The notes beneath the pieces were generated by a model. That model was not told the DNA's origin and did not search any database. It was given only the letters and a program-made list of their open reading frames with translations. Made by a program: the position numbers and the translations under genes. Positions 9,166 to 17,818 of a DNA stretch of 64,000 nucleotides are shown in pieces (the first letter of the stretch is position 1; each line of letters begins with the position of its first letter). The DNA comes from Qingshengfaniella sp. (lineage in GTDB: Bacteria > Pseudomonadota > Alphaproteobacteria > Rhodobacterales > Rhodobacteraceae). Where the stretch lies: contig JBKDZR010000043.1 in assembly GCA_047971485.1 (NCBI GenBank), positions 163-64,162 of the forward strand. Direction: 5' to 3'.

Positions 9166-10917
9166 TCAGACCAGAACCGCGCCGCTTGATCCGATGGCAT
9201 CCTTGGTCGAGGCATCGCCCAGCAGCATCTTGTTATGGGGTTCTCCCGAGGGGATCATCGGGAAGCAGTTTTCATGCTTCTCGACCAGACAATCGAAGAT
9301 CACCGGCCCGTCATAGTTCAGCATTTCCATGATCGCGTCATCCAGATCGGCCGGATCCTTGCACAGGATGCCCTTGGCGCCGAAGGCCTCGGCCAGTTTG
9401 ACGAAATCGGGCAACGCCTCGGACCAAGACTGGCTGTAGCGTTCGCCATGCAGCAATTGCTGCCACTGACGGACCATGCCCAGCCGTTCGTTGTTCAGGA
9501 TGAACTGCTTGACCGGCAGGCGATACTGCACGGCGGTGCCCATCTCCTGCATGTTCATCAGCCAGGAGGCCTCGCCGGCGATGTTGATCACCAGCGCTTC
9601 AGGGTGGGCGATCTGCACGCCGACAGAGGCCGGCATGCCGTAGCCCATGGTGCCCAGACCGCCCGAGGTCATCCAGCGGTGCGGATCCTCAAAGCCCAGA
9701 TACTGGGCGGCCCACATCTGGTGCTGGCCCACTTCGGTGGTGATGTAGCGGTCATGGCCCTTGGTCAGGGCCTCCAGCCGTTCCAGCGCGTATTGCGGCT
9801 TGATGGTCTTTTTCGAGTCCGTGTAGCGCAGGCAGCGGATATCGCGCCATTTCTGGATCTGGCTCCACCATTTCGGCAGGGCGGCCGCGTTGGTCTTGCT
9901 GCCGCGTTCTTTCCACAGGGCCAGGGCATCGGCCAGAACGCTGGTGACATCGCCGATGATCGGCACATCGGCGTGGATCACCTTGTTGATGGACGAGGGG
10001 TCGATGTCGATATGGACCTTCTTCGATTTAGGACTGAAATCCTGAACGCGGCCCGTAATCCGGTCGTCGAACCGGGCGCCGACATTGATCATCACATCAC
10101 AGCCATGCATGGCGAGGTTGGCCTCATACAGGCCGTGCATCCCCAGCATCCCCAGCCAGGCCTCGCCCGAGGCCGGATAGGCGCCCAGGCCCATCAGGGT
10201 CGAGGTGATGGGAAAGCCGGTGGCGGCGACGAATTCACGCAAAATCCGGCTGGCCTCAACGCCCGAGTTGATCACCCCGCCGCCGGTATAAAAGATCGGC
10301 CGCTCGGCGGTTTCGATCAGTTCGACCATGCGCAGGATCTGTTCGGGATCGCCCTTGGTGCGCGGCTGGTAATGCTTGGTTGAGGCCTTTTGCCGGGGCG
10401 TGTAGGGCGCGCTGGCAAACTGCACATCCTTGGGAATGTCGACCAGAACCGGGCCCGGGCGGCCCTTGGTGGCGACATGAAAGGCCTGATGGATGACATC
10501 GGACAGCTCGCCCGTGTCCTTCACCAGCCAGTTGTGCTTGGTGCAGGGGCGGGTGATGCCCACGGTGTCAGCCTCTTGAAAAGCGTCATTGCCGATCATG
10601 AAGGTCGGAACCTGGCCGCACAGAACGACAACGGGGATCGAATCCATCAGCGCGTCGGTCAACCCGGTCACGGCATTGGTTGCCCCGGGCCCCGAGGTCA
10701 CCAGACAGACGCCGGGCTTGCCGGTGGACCGGGCATAGCCCTCGGCGGCGTGAACGGCGCCCTGTTCATGGCGGACCAGAATGTGGCGGATGTCGTTTTG
10801 CTGGAAGATCTCGTCATAGATCGGCAGTACCGCACCGCCCGGATACCCGAAGACTACATCGACACCCTGATCCTTCAGGGCCTGAATCACCATCTTCGCA
10901 CCAGTCATCTGGGTCAT
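9166..10917 (-). CDS. ilvI: acetolactate synthase large (catalytic) subunit (ilvI/ilvB)
   Basis: TPP-enzyme motifs GAKMVIQALKDQGVDVVFGYPGGAVLPIYD and GGLGTMGYGMPASVG. Start moved to ATG 10917 (GGAG upstream) because the track start at 10980 lies inside the attenuator U-tract. Confidence 0.95.
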   Translation of the reverse strand: MTQMTGAKMVIQALKDQGVDVVFGYPGGAVLPIYDEIFQQNDIRHILVRHEQGAVHAAEGYARSTGKPGVCLVTSGPGATNAVTGLTDALMDSIPVVVLCGQVPTFMIGNDAFQEADTVGITRPCTKHNWLVKDTGELSDVIHQAFHVATKGRPGPVLVDIPKDVQFASAPYTPRQKASTKHYQPRTKGDPEQILRMVELIETAERPIFYTGGGVINSGVEASRILREFVAATGFPITSTLMGLGAYPASGEAWLGMLGMHGLYEANLAMHGCDVMINVGARFDDRITGRVQDFSPKSKKVHIDIDPSSINKVIHADVPIIGDVTSVLADALALWKERGSKTNAAALPKWWSQIQKWRDIRCLRYTDSKKTIKPQYALERLEALTKGHDRYITTEVGQHQMWAAQYLGFEDPHRWMTSGGLGTMGYGMPASVGVQIAHPEALVINIAGEASWLMNMQEMGTAVQYRLPVKQFILNNERLGMVRQWQQLLHGERYSQSWSEALPDFVKLAEAFGAKGILCKDPADLDDAIMEMLNYDGPVIFDCLVEKHENCFPMIPSGEPHNKMLLGDASTKDAIGSSGAVLV

Positions 10918-10972
10918 TGCGTTCGCTCCGTCATGTGCCTTGCGGCGCTGTGCCTGTGCGGCCCGGTCTGTT

Positions 10973-11076
10973 CCAAACAAAAAGCCCCCGGAATTACTCG
11001 GGGGCGCATGGGGAGATTATGGCAACCGTTACCGGCCCATGCGCCAAAATCCTACACCTACGACTAGATCGTTCAT
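10973..11076 (-). promoter_or_regulatory. leader-peptide transcription attenuator upstream of ilvI (leader ORF 11029-11076; terminator 10973-11005)
   Basis: On the minus strand:
- A 15-codon ORF, MNDLVVGVGFWRMGR, uses CUA/GUC/GUA/GUA codons.
- GGCGCAUGGG (11045-11036) can pair with CCCAUGCGCC (11012-11003).
- That second segment overlaps the 5' arm of the hairpin GCCCCCG-N8-CGGGGGC (11005-10984).
- The hairpin is followed by UUUUUGUUUGG. Confidence 0.55.
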
Positions 11077-11295
11077 CTCAGGAAATCCCCCTCGCGTGGG
11101 ACCGGACCTTATGCCCGCGAAAAGACCTGGTCAACATCGAATGCGGGCCCCGACGCGCGGCTTTGAACGGCGCAGGTCAAGGGCAGGGGAAAGGGGGGTG
11201 ATCTGCTGGCGTGGCACGCCGCGCCCCAAGGAACGGGGGCGCGTATCGGGGGCGCGGTTTTCAAGGGCGGCACCGGTCGGGGCCGCCCCCGATGA

Positions 11296-14034
11296 TCATT
11301 CGCTGTCGGTCTGATCGCCCTCATCTTCGCCCTGATCGGCGATATAGGCGACGGAAACCACATCTTCCCCCGGCGCAGTGTTGAACACCTTCACGCCGCC
11401 AGCCCCGCGTGAGCGGAAGGAAATGCCGTTGATCGGGCAGCGGATCGACTGACCGCTGGAGGTGGCCAGCATCACCTGATCGTCCAGCTCCACGGGGAAG
11501 CAGGCAACCAGGGGCCCACCGCGCATGGCGGCATCCATGGCGCGCACGCCCTGACCGCCCCGGCCGCGGACCGGATAGTCATGGCTGGATGACAGCTTGC
11601 CGGCGCCGTTCTGGGTGATGGTCAGCATCAGATCCTCTGCCGCTGACATCTCGGCATACCGTTCCTGGGGCAGGGCGACATCGGCGACGGTTTCTTCATC
11701 ATCGCTTTCGACCTCATCCACCATGCCCTCAATGGCCCGGCGCATGCGCAGATAGGCGGCGCGTTCCTCGGGGCTGGCCTCGAAATGGCGGATCACCGCC
11801 ATGGCCACCACCTGATCGCCATTGCCCAGCCGCACGCCGCGCACGCCGGTGGATTTGCGGCCCTTGAAGACACGCACATCGGTGCTGCGGAACCGGATCG
11901 CCCGGCCAAGGGCGGTGACCAGCATCACATCGTCGTCTTCGGAACAGATCCGGGCATTCACCATGGCCACGCCCTCGGGCAGGTCCATGGCGATCTTGCC
12001 GTTGCGCATCACGTTGGTGAAATCCGACAGCGCATTGCGCCGCACATCACCGGCCGTGGTGGCAAAGATGATCTGCAGGTCGCCCCAGTCCGCCTCATCC
12101 CGATCCACGGGCATGATCGCGGCGATGGAAACGCCGGGATTGATCGGCAGGATGTTGACGATGGCCTTGCCGCGCGAGGATCGCCCGCCCTGGGGCAGGC
12201 GCCATGTCTTCAGCTTGTAGACCATCCCGTCAGTGGTGAAGAACAAAAGCGGCGTGTGGGTGTTGGCGACGAACAGCGTGGTGACCACATCGTCATCCTT
12301 CAACCCGCCCCCCGACAGCCCCTTGCCGCCGCGCTTCTGGGAGCGGAACTCGGCCAGGGGCGTGCGCTTGATATAGCCGGACTGGGTGACCGTGACGACC
12401 ATGTCCTCACGCTCGATCAGGTCCTCGTCTTCCATATCGCCGGACCATTCGGAAATCTCGGTACGGCGCGGCACGGCGAACATGTCGCGCACGTCGCGCA
12501 GCTCGTTGCCGATGATGTCCATGATCCGGTCGCGCGACCCGAGGATATCCAGATAGTCGCGGATCTTGCCGGCCAGATCCTCCAACTCGTCGGTCACCTC
12601 CTTGACGCCCAGCTGGGTCAGGCGTTGCAGGCGCAGGTCCAGAATGGCGCGGGCCTGGGTTTCCGACAGGTTGTAGGTGCCATCGTCGTTCATCGGATGG
12701 GCCGGGTCGTCGATCAGCCGGATGTAGCTGGCGATATCGGCCGCCGGCCAGCGCCGCGACATCAGGCGGCTGCGCGCCTCGGCCGCATCGGCCGAGGATC
12801 GGATCGTGGCGACCACCTCATCGACATTGCTGACCGCGACGGCCAGACCGCACAGGATATGGCTGCGCTCGCGCGCTTTGCGCAGATCATAGGCGGTGCG
12901 GCGGGCAACCACCTCTTCGCGGAAATCAATGAAAGCGGTCAGGAACTTGCGCAGGGTCAGCTGTTCGGGCCGGCCGCCATTCAGCGCCAGCATGTTGCAG
13001 CCGAACGAGGTTTGCATGGGGGTAAAACGCCACAGCTGGTTCAGCACCACGTCGGGTGTGGCATCGCGCTTGAGCTCAATCACCACGCGCACACCGATCC
13101 GATCGGATTCGTCCTGCACATGGGCAATGCCTTCGATCCGCTTTTCGCGCACCAGATCGGCGATTTTTTCAACCATCGAGGCCTTGTTCACCTGATAGGG
13201 AACCTCATCGATGATGATCGCGTAACGGTCCTTGCGGATTTCCTCGACCCGGGTCTTGGCCCGCAGGATGACGCTGCCGCGCCCTTCCAGATAGGCCTTG
13301 CGCGCCCCGGACCGGCCCAGCATCACGCCGCCGGTGGGGAAATCGGGGCCGGGGATGTAATCCATCAGTTGCAGGCTGTCGAGATCGGGATCCTCGATCA
13401 GCGCCAGGGTCGCATCCACGACCTCGCCCAGATTGTGGGGCGGGATGTTGGTAGCCATGCCGACGGCGATCCCGCCCGCGCCATTGACCAGCATGTTCGG
13501 AAAGCGCGCCGGCAGAACCGCGGGCTCCAGATCCTTGCCGTCATAGTTGTCCTGAAAATCGACGGTTTCCTTGTCGATATCAGCCAGCAGGGATTGCGCG
13601 GGCTTGGCCATGCGCACCTCGGTGTAGCGCATGGCGGCCGCACTGTCGCCATCCATGGACCCAAAGTTGCCCTGACCGTCCAGCAACGGCAGCGACATGG
13701 AAAACGGCTGGGCCATGCGCACCAATGCGTCATAGATCGCCGCGTCCCCATGGGGGTGGTATTTCCCCATCGTATCACCCACCGGGCGGGCCGATTTGCG
13801 ATAGGGCTTGTCATGGGTGTTGCCCGTCTCATGCATCGCATAGAGGATTCTGCGGTGCACAGGTTTTAGGCCATCACGCAAATCCGGGATCGCACGGCTG
13901 ACGATCACGCTCATGGCGTAGTCGAGATAGCTGGTGCGCATCTCATCGGCGATCGAAATCGTCGAAATGCCGCTCGCCGAGGCGGGGGGCGTGGGGTCCT
14001 GAGTGTTTTCAGTATCTTCCGGGGTGTCGTTCAC
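11296..14034 (-). CDS. gyrA: DNA gyrase subunit A
   Basis: 912 aa. [31 protein letters not shown], active-site AAMRYTE, C-terminal beta-pinwheel repeats. GTG start. Confidence 0.98.
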   Translation of the reverse strand: MNDTPEDTENTQDPTPPASASGISTISIADEMRTSYLDYAMSVIVSRAIPDLRDGLKPVHRRILYAMHETGNTHDKPYRKSARPVGDTMGKYHPHGDAAIYDALVRMAQPFSMSLPLLDGQGNFGSMDGDSAAAMRYTEVRMAKPAQSLLADIDKETVDFQDNYDGKDLEPAVLPARFPNMLVNGAGGIAVGMATNIPPHNLGEVVDATLALIEDPDLDSLQLMDYIPGPDFPTGGVMLGRSGARKAYLEGRGSVILRAKTRVEEIRKDRYAIIIDEVPYQVNKASMVEKIADLVREKRIEGIAHVQDESDRIGVRVVIELKRDATPDVVLNQLWRFTPMQTSFGCNMLALNGGRPEQLTLRKFLTAFIDFREEVVARRTAYDLRKARERSHILCGLAVAVSNVDEVVATIRSSADAAEARSRLMSRRWPAADIASYIRLIDDPAHPMNDDGTYNLSETQARAILDLRLQRLTQLGVKEVTDELEDLAGKIRDYLDILGSRDRIMDIIGNELRDVRDMFAVPRRTEISEWSGDMEDEDLIEREDMVVTVTQSGYIKRTPLAEFRSQKRGGKGLSGGGLKDDDVVTTLFVANTHTPLLFFTTDGMVYKLKTWRLPQGGRSSRGKAIVNILPINPGVSIAAIMPVDRDEADWGDLQIIFATTAGDVRRNALSDFTNVMRNGKIAMDLPEGVAMVNARICSEDDDVMLVTALGRAIRFRSTDVRVFKGRKSTGVRGVRLGNGDQVVAMAVIRHFEASPEERAAYLRMRRAIEGMVDEVESDDEETVADVALPQERYAEMSAAEDLMLTITQNGAGKLSSSHDYPVRGRGGQGVRAMDAAMRGGPLVACFPVELDDQVMLATSSGQSIRCPINGISFRSRGAGGVKVFNTAPGEDVVSVAYIADQGEDEGDQTDSE

Positions 14035-14230
14035 GTCGATCGCCTTTGCTGCTCGGGCGTCATTCCAGCGTGCACCGGGTATATCAGACCCGCTTGCCGG
14101 GGTGCAACGCAGCTATTCCAAAACCGTCAGCAGCCAGCGAGATAGAGTGATAACACACTGTTTTCATTGTGCATTAATTTTTTCTCGGCATCGTTGTTTC
14201 AGGGTTGTCATGTTGGAGGTTGTGTTTGCG

Positions 14231-14494
14231 ATGACCGAAACGGAAATGATGCTGAAAGGATATGGCCTGACCACGGCCGAGTTTTTCTACCGGATGCCCG
14301 ATTATCAGCATGTGCTGAACACCTTTATCTGGCAGGACTACGATCTGGCGCCGGATCACCCCCGCATGTTCGGCTTTATCGAATTCTGGCAAAAGGAAAT
14401 CGACGGGCCGCTGCATTCGGTCCGCTTCACCCATCGCAAGCTGATCGCCCCGGGGCAATGGCGCAATGTGATCGGTGAATTCACCGTTCATTAA
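14231..14494 (+). CDS. Usg-family protein (small conserved alphaproteobacterial protein)
   Basis: MTETEMMLKGYGLTTAEFFYRMPDYQHVLNTFIWQDYDLAPDHPRMFGFIEFWQKEIDGPLHSV. The track's N-terminal extension overlapping the gyrA start was discarded. Confidence 0.8.
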   Translation: MTETEMMLKGYGLTTAEFFYRMPDYQHVLNTFIWQDYDLAPDHPRMFGFIEFWQKEIDGPLHSVRFTHRKLIAPGQWRNVIGEFTVH

Positions 14495-14954
14495 GACGCC
14501 GGTAGGCCATGATCCACAGGCCGGTCAGGGCGAAGGACAGAACCGCGTTCCACCCGGCCATCGACAGACCCATCAGTGACCAGGCCACCTGATCGCACAT
14601 CACGATCGGGGCCACAGTGTCCGTGCTCAGCAGGTCTGCGCCGCTTAGTCCGCCCAACCCGCCGGGGGATCCGGTGCAACTGTCGGGCCCGGGCCACCAG
14701 CCATATTCGACCCCCGCGTGGTAGGCGCCGATCCCGGCCGTGCTCAGCGTGGCCAGGGCGCCAAGCGCGGCCATCGCGGCGGGTCGGAGGACCCGGCCGA
14801 TCAGCCCGAAGACCACGGCGGCCAGATGGGGCCAACGCTGGTCGATGCACAGATCGCAGGGGGGCAGGCCACCGATATACTGAAAGGCTAGCGCCCCCAG
14901 CAACAGCGTCAGGGATCCGGCAGTGGCCAGCAGGCTGAGGACCCGGCCGCTCAC
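14481..14954 (-). CDS. disulfide bond formation protein B family (DsbB-like)
   Basis: 157 aa, four hydrophobic segments. CxxC in the first loop (PPCDLCIDQRWPH) and a second Cys pair (DSC...MC). Confidence 0.8.
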   Translation of the reverse strand: MSGRVLSLLATAGSLTLLLGALAFQYIGGLPPCDLCIDQRWPHLAAVVFGLIGRVLRPAAMAALGALATLSTAGIGAYHAGVEYGWWPGPDSCTGSPGGLGGLSGADLLSTDTVAPIVMCDQVAWSLMGLSMAGWNAVLSFALTGLWIMAYRRLNER

Positions 14955-15529
14955 AGGAACTTCACCACGGCGAAGCCGCCCAGCAGCAGCAGGACGAAAA
15001 CGGTGAAGACCAGCCCGAGACGGCGTTCGATAAAGTCACGGATCGGGGCGCCGAAGCGCCACAAAAGGGCCGCGACGATGAAAAAGCGCAGGCCCCGGGC
15101 AATGATCGAGGCGATGATGAAAACCGGCAGGGACAGCGCGGTGGATCCCGACAGGATGGTGATCACCTTGTAGGGGAACGGGGTGATCCCGGCAATCAGG
15201 ACGGCCCAGGCGCCCCAGGCGTTGTAGCGGGCGGCGAAATCGGCAAAATACTTGTCCTTGCCATAAAATTCCAAAACCGGCCTGCCGACCGAATCGAACA
15301 GCTCATATCCGATGTAATAGCCGGCCAGCCCGCCCAGAACCGATGACACCGTTGCCACCAGGGCGATCAGCCAGGCCCGCGAGGGGGCGGCCAGGATCAT
15401 CGGGATCATCAGGATGTCCGGCGGGATTGGAAAGACCGAGCTTTCGATGAAGGCCACCAGGGCGAGGGCGACCAGGGCATGACGTGTTTCGGCCAGCGCG
15501 AGGGTCCAGTCGTAGAGGCGGCGCAGCAT
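14951..15529 (-). CDS. YqaA/DedA-family membrane protein
   Basis: MLRRLYDWTLALAETRHALVALALVAFIESSVFPIPPDILMIPM.... AAGGAAG lies upstream of ATG 15529. The stop overlaps the dsbB-like start. Confidence 0.85.
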   Translation of the reverse strand: MLRRLYDWTLALAETRHALVALALVAFIESSVFPIPPDILMIPMILAAPSRAWLIALVATVSSVLGGLAGYYIGYELFDSVGRPVLEFYGKDKYFADFAARYNAWGAWAVLIAGITPFPYKVITILSGSTALSLPVFIIASIIARGLRFFIVAALLWRFGAPIRDFIERRLGLVFTVFVLLLLGGFAVVKFL

Positions 15530-15800
15530 TTTGAGGGCTTCCTTTGCGGTTGCGGCATAAAGGCGGGCAGAACCGCGGGAGGTCAAGGCCGCAACGGATG
15601 AAATTCGGGCTTGGCGGCGGCGATCCGACTCGCTAAAGCACTGACCTGTGGCCCGCGTGGCGGATTGGCCATGGGGTTGCAGGATAGATGCCCGGATCAC
15701 TCCGGGAAATCATTGCGATTTCATTGATTTTCCACGCATCCGGCCAGGATCTTTCCGACCTGCACCTTATCGGTCATCGGTTCGGAACAGCTGAGCGTCG

Positions 15801-15884
15801 CCCCCGGTGGCGGAATTGGTAGACGCGGCAGATTCAAAATCTGCTTCCCGAAAGGGAGTACCCGTTCGATTCGGGTCCGGGGGA
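15801..15884 (+). tRNA. tRNA-Leu (anticodon CAA), class II with long variable arm
   Basis: Folded by hand:
- Acceptor CCCCCGG/CCGGGGG.
- D-arm GCG-GAATTGGTAGA-CGC.
- Anticodon stem GCAGA/TCTGC with loop TTCAAAA.
- Variable arm TTCCCGAAAGGGAGT.
- T-arm ACCCG-TTCGATT-CGGGT, discriminator A.
CCA is not encoded. Confidence 0.9.
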
Positions 15885-16264
15885 CGCTTCAGCCGTTAGA
15901 TCGTTCACAGCAAAAGCCTGTATCTTGACCGGTTTTTGCGTGTCACAAGTTCCGTTTGTACGACGGCTACGTCAAGTTTGCGCGTTATGATGTTGTTTTT
16001 CCTTGTGGGTTGCGGGAAAAACCTGCGCCGCCCAAATCGAAGAACGCGGGTATCACAGACATGTCGGAGGGCCTCGGATCAGGGGCTGGGCGCGCATGAC
16101 GCAGATGTGTCGCCGCCAGACCGCTTATTCAAAATTGTAAACAATTATATAATTTACGTACGGTAATATCTAAAAAATGATAAGATTTGTTGATTTTTAT
16201 CGTAAACACTGACAATTATGTGAACACTTTCCCCAAAATTTGTTCTGAAAGGAGGAGTACTTCC

Positions 16265-16936
16265 ATGTCTCAAAAGTACCTTGGCGCGCTTTGCGCCGCG
16301 CTGGCGTTTGCAGCATTTGTTCCCGTTGCTCAGGCGACCAGCATCGACGACTTCAGCCTGAGCCAGGGACCGTTGGTATCCACCGGCAATGTTCTGGTGT
16401 CCCACACGATCGCCAATGATGGGTCGTTCTATGGCGGGGCCGGGGCAACCCGGACCGTTTCGGTGCGCGGGGATGGCACGGGTTCGCCGACATCCCAGAG
16501 CACCCGGGTCGAGATCGACAGCGGCGTGTTCGAGTTCGCCAGTGGTGTCGGTGTCGCCGGTGTCGGGACGATCACCTATGATCTGCCCGGAGGGGTCGAC
16601 CTGTCCTGGCTGGATGCCTTCCGGTTCGTGGATCTGACTGCCGATCACAGCTTTGATTATACGGTCACCCTTGAAGATACCATGGCCGGATCAAGGATGA
16701 TCGCCGGCACCCTTGTCGGGCCACTGACGAATTCGCTGCGCAGGTTGCCGATTGCGGATTTCATCGGCGGGGCTGATATGACGGCGATCGACAGGATGAT
16801 CTTTAGCCTGGGGACCGGTGGTCAGTCGCTGGACTTTTCGCTATCGGCGATCTCTGGTGTGCCGGTTCCTGTCGGTGGACTGCTGCTTGTGACCGCCCTG
16901 GGTGGTCTGGGCCTGTACCGGATGCGCCGCATCTGA
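16265..16936 (+). CDS. secreted protein with VPLPA/PEP-CTERM-like C-terminal sorting tail
   Basis: AGGAGG lies before ATG 16265. Signal peptide MSQKYLGALCAALAFAAFVPVAQA. C-terminus ...SGVPVPVGGLLLVTALGGLGLYRMRRI (VPxP motif, hydrophobic helix, basic end). Confidence 0.75.
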   Translation: MSQKYLGALCAALAFAAFVPVAQATSIDDFSLSQGPLVSTGNVLVSHTIANDGSFYGGAGATRTVSVRGDGTGSPTSQSTRVEIDSGVFEFASGVGVAGVGTITYDLPGGVDLSWLDAFRFVDLTADHSFDYTVTLEDTMAGSRMIAGTLVGPLTNSLRRLPIADFIGGADMTAIDRMIFSLGTGGQSLDFSLSAISGVPVPVGGLLLVTALGGLGLYRMRRI

Positions 16937-17069
16937 CGCATCCCGCGCGCGCCGGTCATGTTCACCGGTTCCGTGCATCTTCACAAGTATCCGACATCGA
17001 TGGGTTGAGACGTTGGGCGCGGCTGCGACTGACGGGTGTGACCTTGCGCGGACCGATCGGGTCGGGGCG

Positions 17070-17096
17070 CAAGAGGGCGCGATCGGCGCCCTCTTG
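17070..17096. other. perfect 11-bp-stem hairpin, no U-tract
   Basis: CAAGAGGGCGC-gatcg-GCGCCCTCTTG, about 130 nt downstream of the 16265-16936 gene. Confidence 0.3.
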
Positions 17097-17163
17097 TGGC
17101 TAAACCTCTGGACAAACAGGGCCTGAGCGGCAAGGCTCGGCGTGTCACTGAGCGGAGAAGACA

Positions 17164-17601
17164 ATGGCCGATCACAATCCTGCGCCCTGGCATCACGGCA
17201 TTGTTGTTGGCCTGAGCCTGCTTTTCTACCTGATCGGATCTGTGGACTTCGTGGTCGGCGCAAGCGGTCTCGGGGTCTATCTGGATTGGTTCAGTGCTTC
17301 GCAGCGCGCGTTTGTCACTGGTCTGCCGGGCTGGATTCTGGCGGTCTGGGCAGTGGCGACGCTGGGTGGTCTGTTTGGCAGCTGGCTGTTACGGGGGCGC
17401 CATCGGTCCGCGGTCCTGTTCCTGTTCCTGCCCGTCGCCGCGATCCTCTTTCTGATCTTATGGCTGTCGATCTTTTCCCGTCCGGGATTGATCGCCGTGC
17501 TGGGCTTCAGCGGCCTGTATATCTTGGCGGGGACCACGGCGATCACGTTCCTGATCTACAGCTATGCGCGCTGGGAACGAACCCACCATTATTTGACCTG
17601 A
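17164..17601 (+). CDS. integral membrane protein, hypothetical (4 predicted helices)
   Basis: GGAG lies 7 nt before the ATG. Translation MADHNPAPWHHGIVVGLSLLFYLIGSVDFVVG...; no family recognised. Confidence 0.6.
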   Translation: MADHNPAPWHHGIVVGLSLLFYLIGSVDFVVGASGLGVYLDWFSASQRAFVTGLPGWILAVWAVATLGGLFGSWLLRGRHRSAVLFLFLPVAAILFLILWLSIFSRPGLIAVLGFSGLYILAGTTAITFLIYSYARWERTHHYLT

Positions 17602-17688
17602 GCGGTCTTCTGTTTTCAAATTAAGAGCAGTTTTTATGAATGTAGCTCACTGTTGATAGCGGTGCCGTGATTGTCCGCGGTTCGGGAC

Positions 17689-17730
17689 GTTTCACCAAAA
17701 CGTCACATAAAAGTTTAATTTTTGTCTCAT
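17689..17730 (+). promoter_or_regulatory. Pho-box-like array (four heptads at about 11-bp spacing) upstream of the alkaline phosphatase
   Basis: GTTTCAC caaa ACGTCAC ataa AAGTTTA attt TTGTCTC. Resembles CTGTCAT-N4 direct repeats bound by PhoB. About 90 nt upstream of ATG 17819. Confidence 0.35.
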
Positions 17731-17818
17731 GAATCTCGTAGCCCGGGCCTCGTCCAGTCCCACCCGTGGGGCATGACGGAAACACCAAACACAAATGTTT
17801 CTCAGGAACGAGGCCCTA

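Noticed and set aside
14003-14230. Long N-terminal extension of the Usg-family ORF (track start 14003) overlapping the gyrA start.
   Set aside because: The extension is non-conserved-looking and overlaps gyrA and its promoter region. The family is about 85-90 aa, which fits ATG 14231.
15936-16166. 76-aa ORF after tRNA-Leu with a lipobox-like MMLFFLVGC.
   Set aside because: It has no positively charged n-region and no Shine-Dalgarno, lies in AT-rich DNA that is probably regulatory, and the rest of the product is Arg-rich and unstructured-looking.
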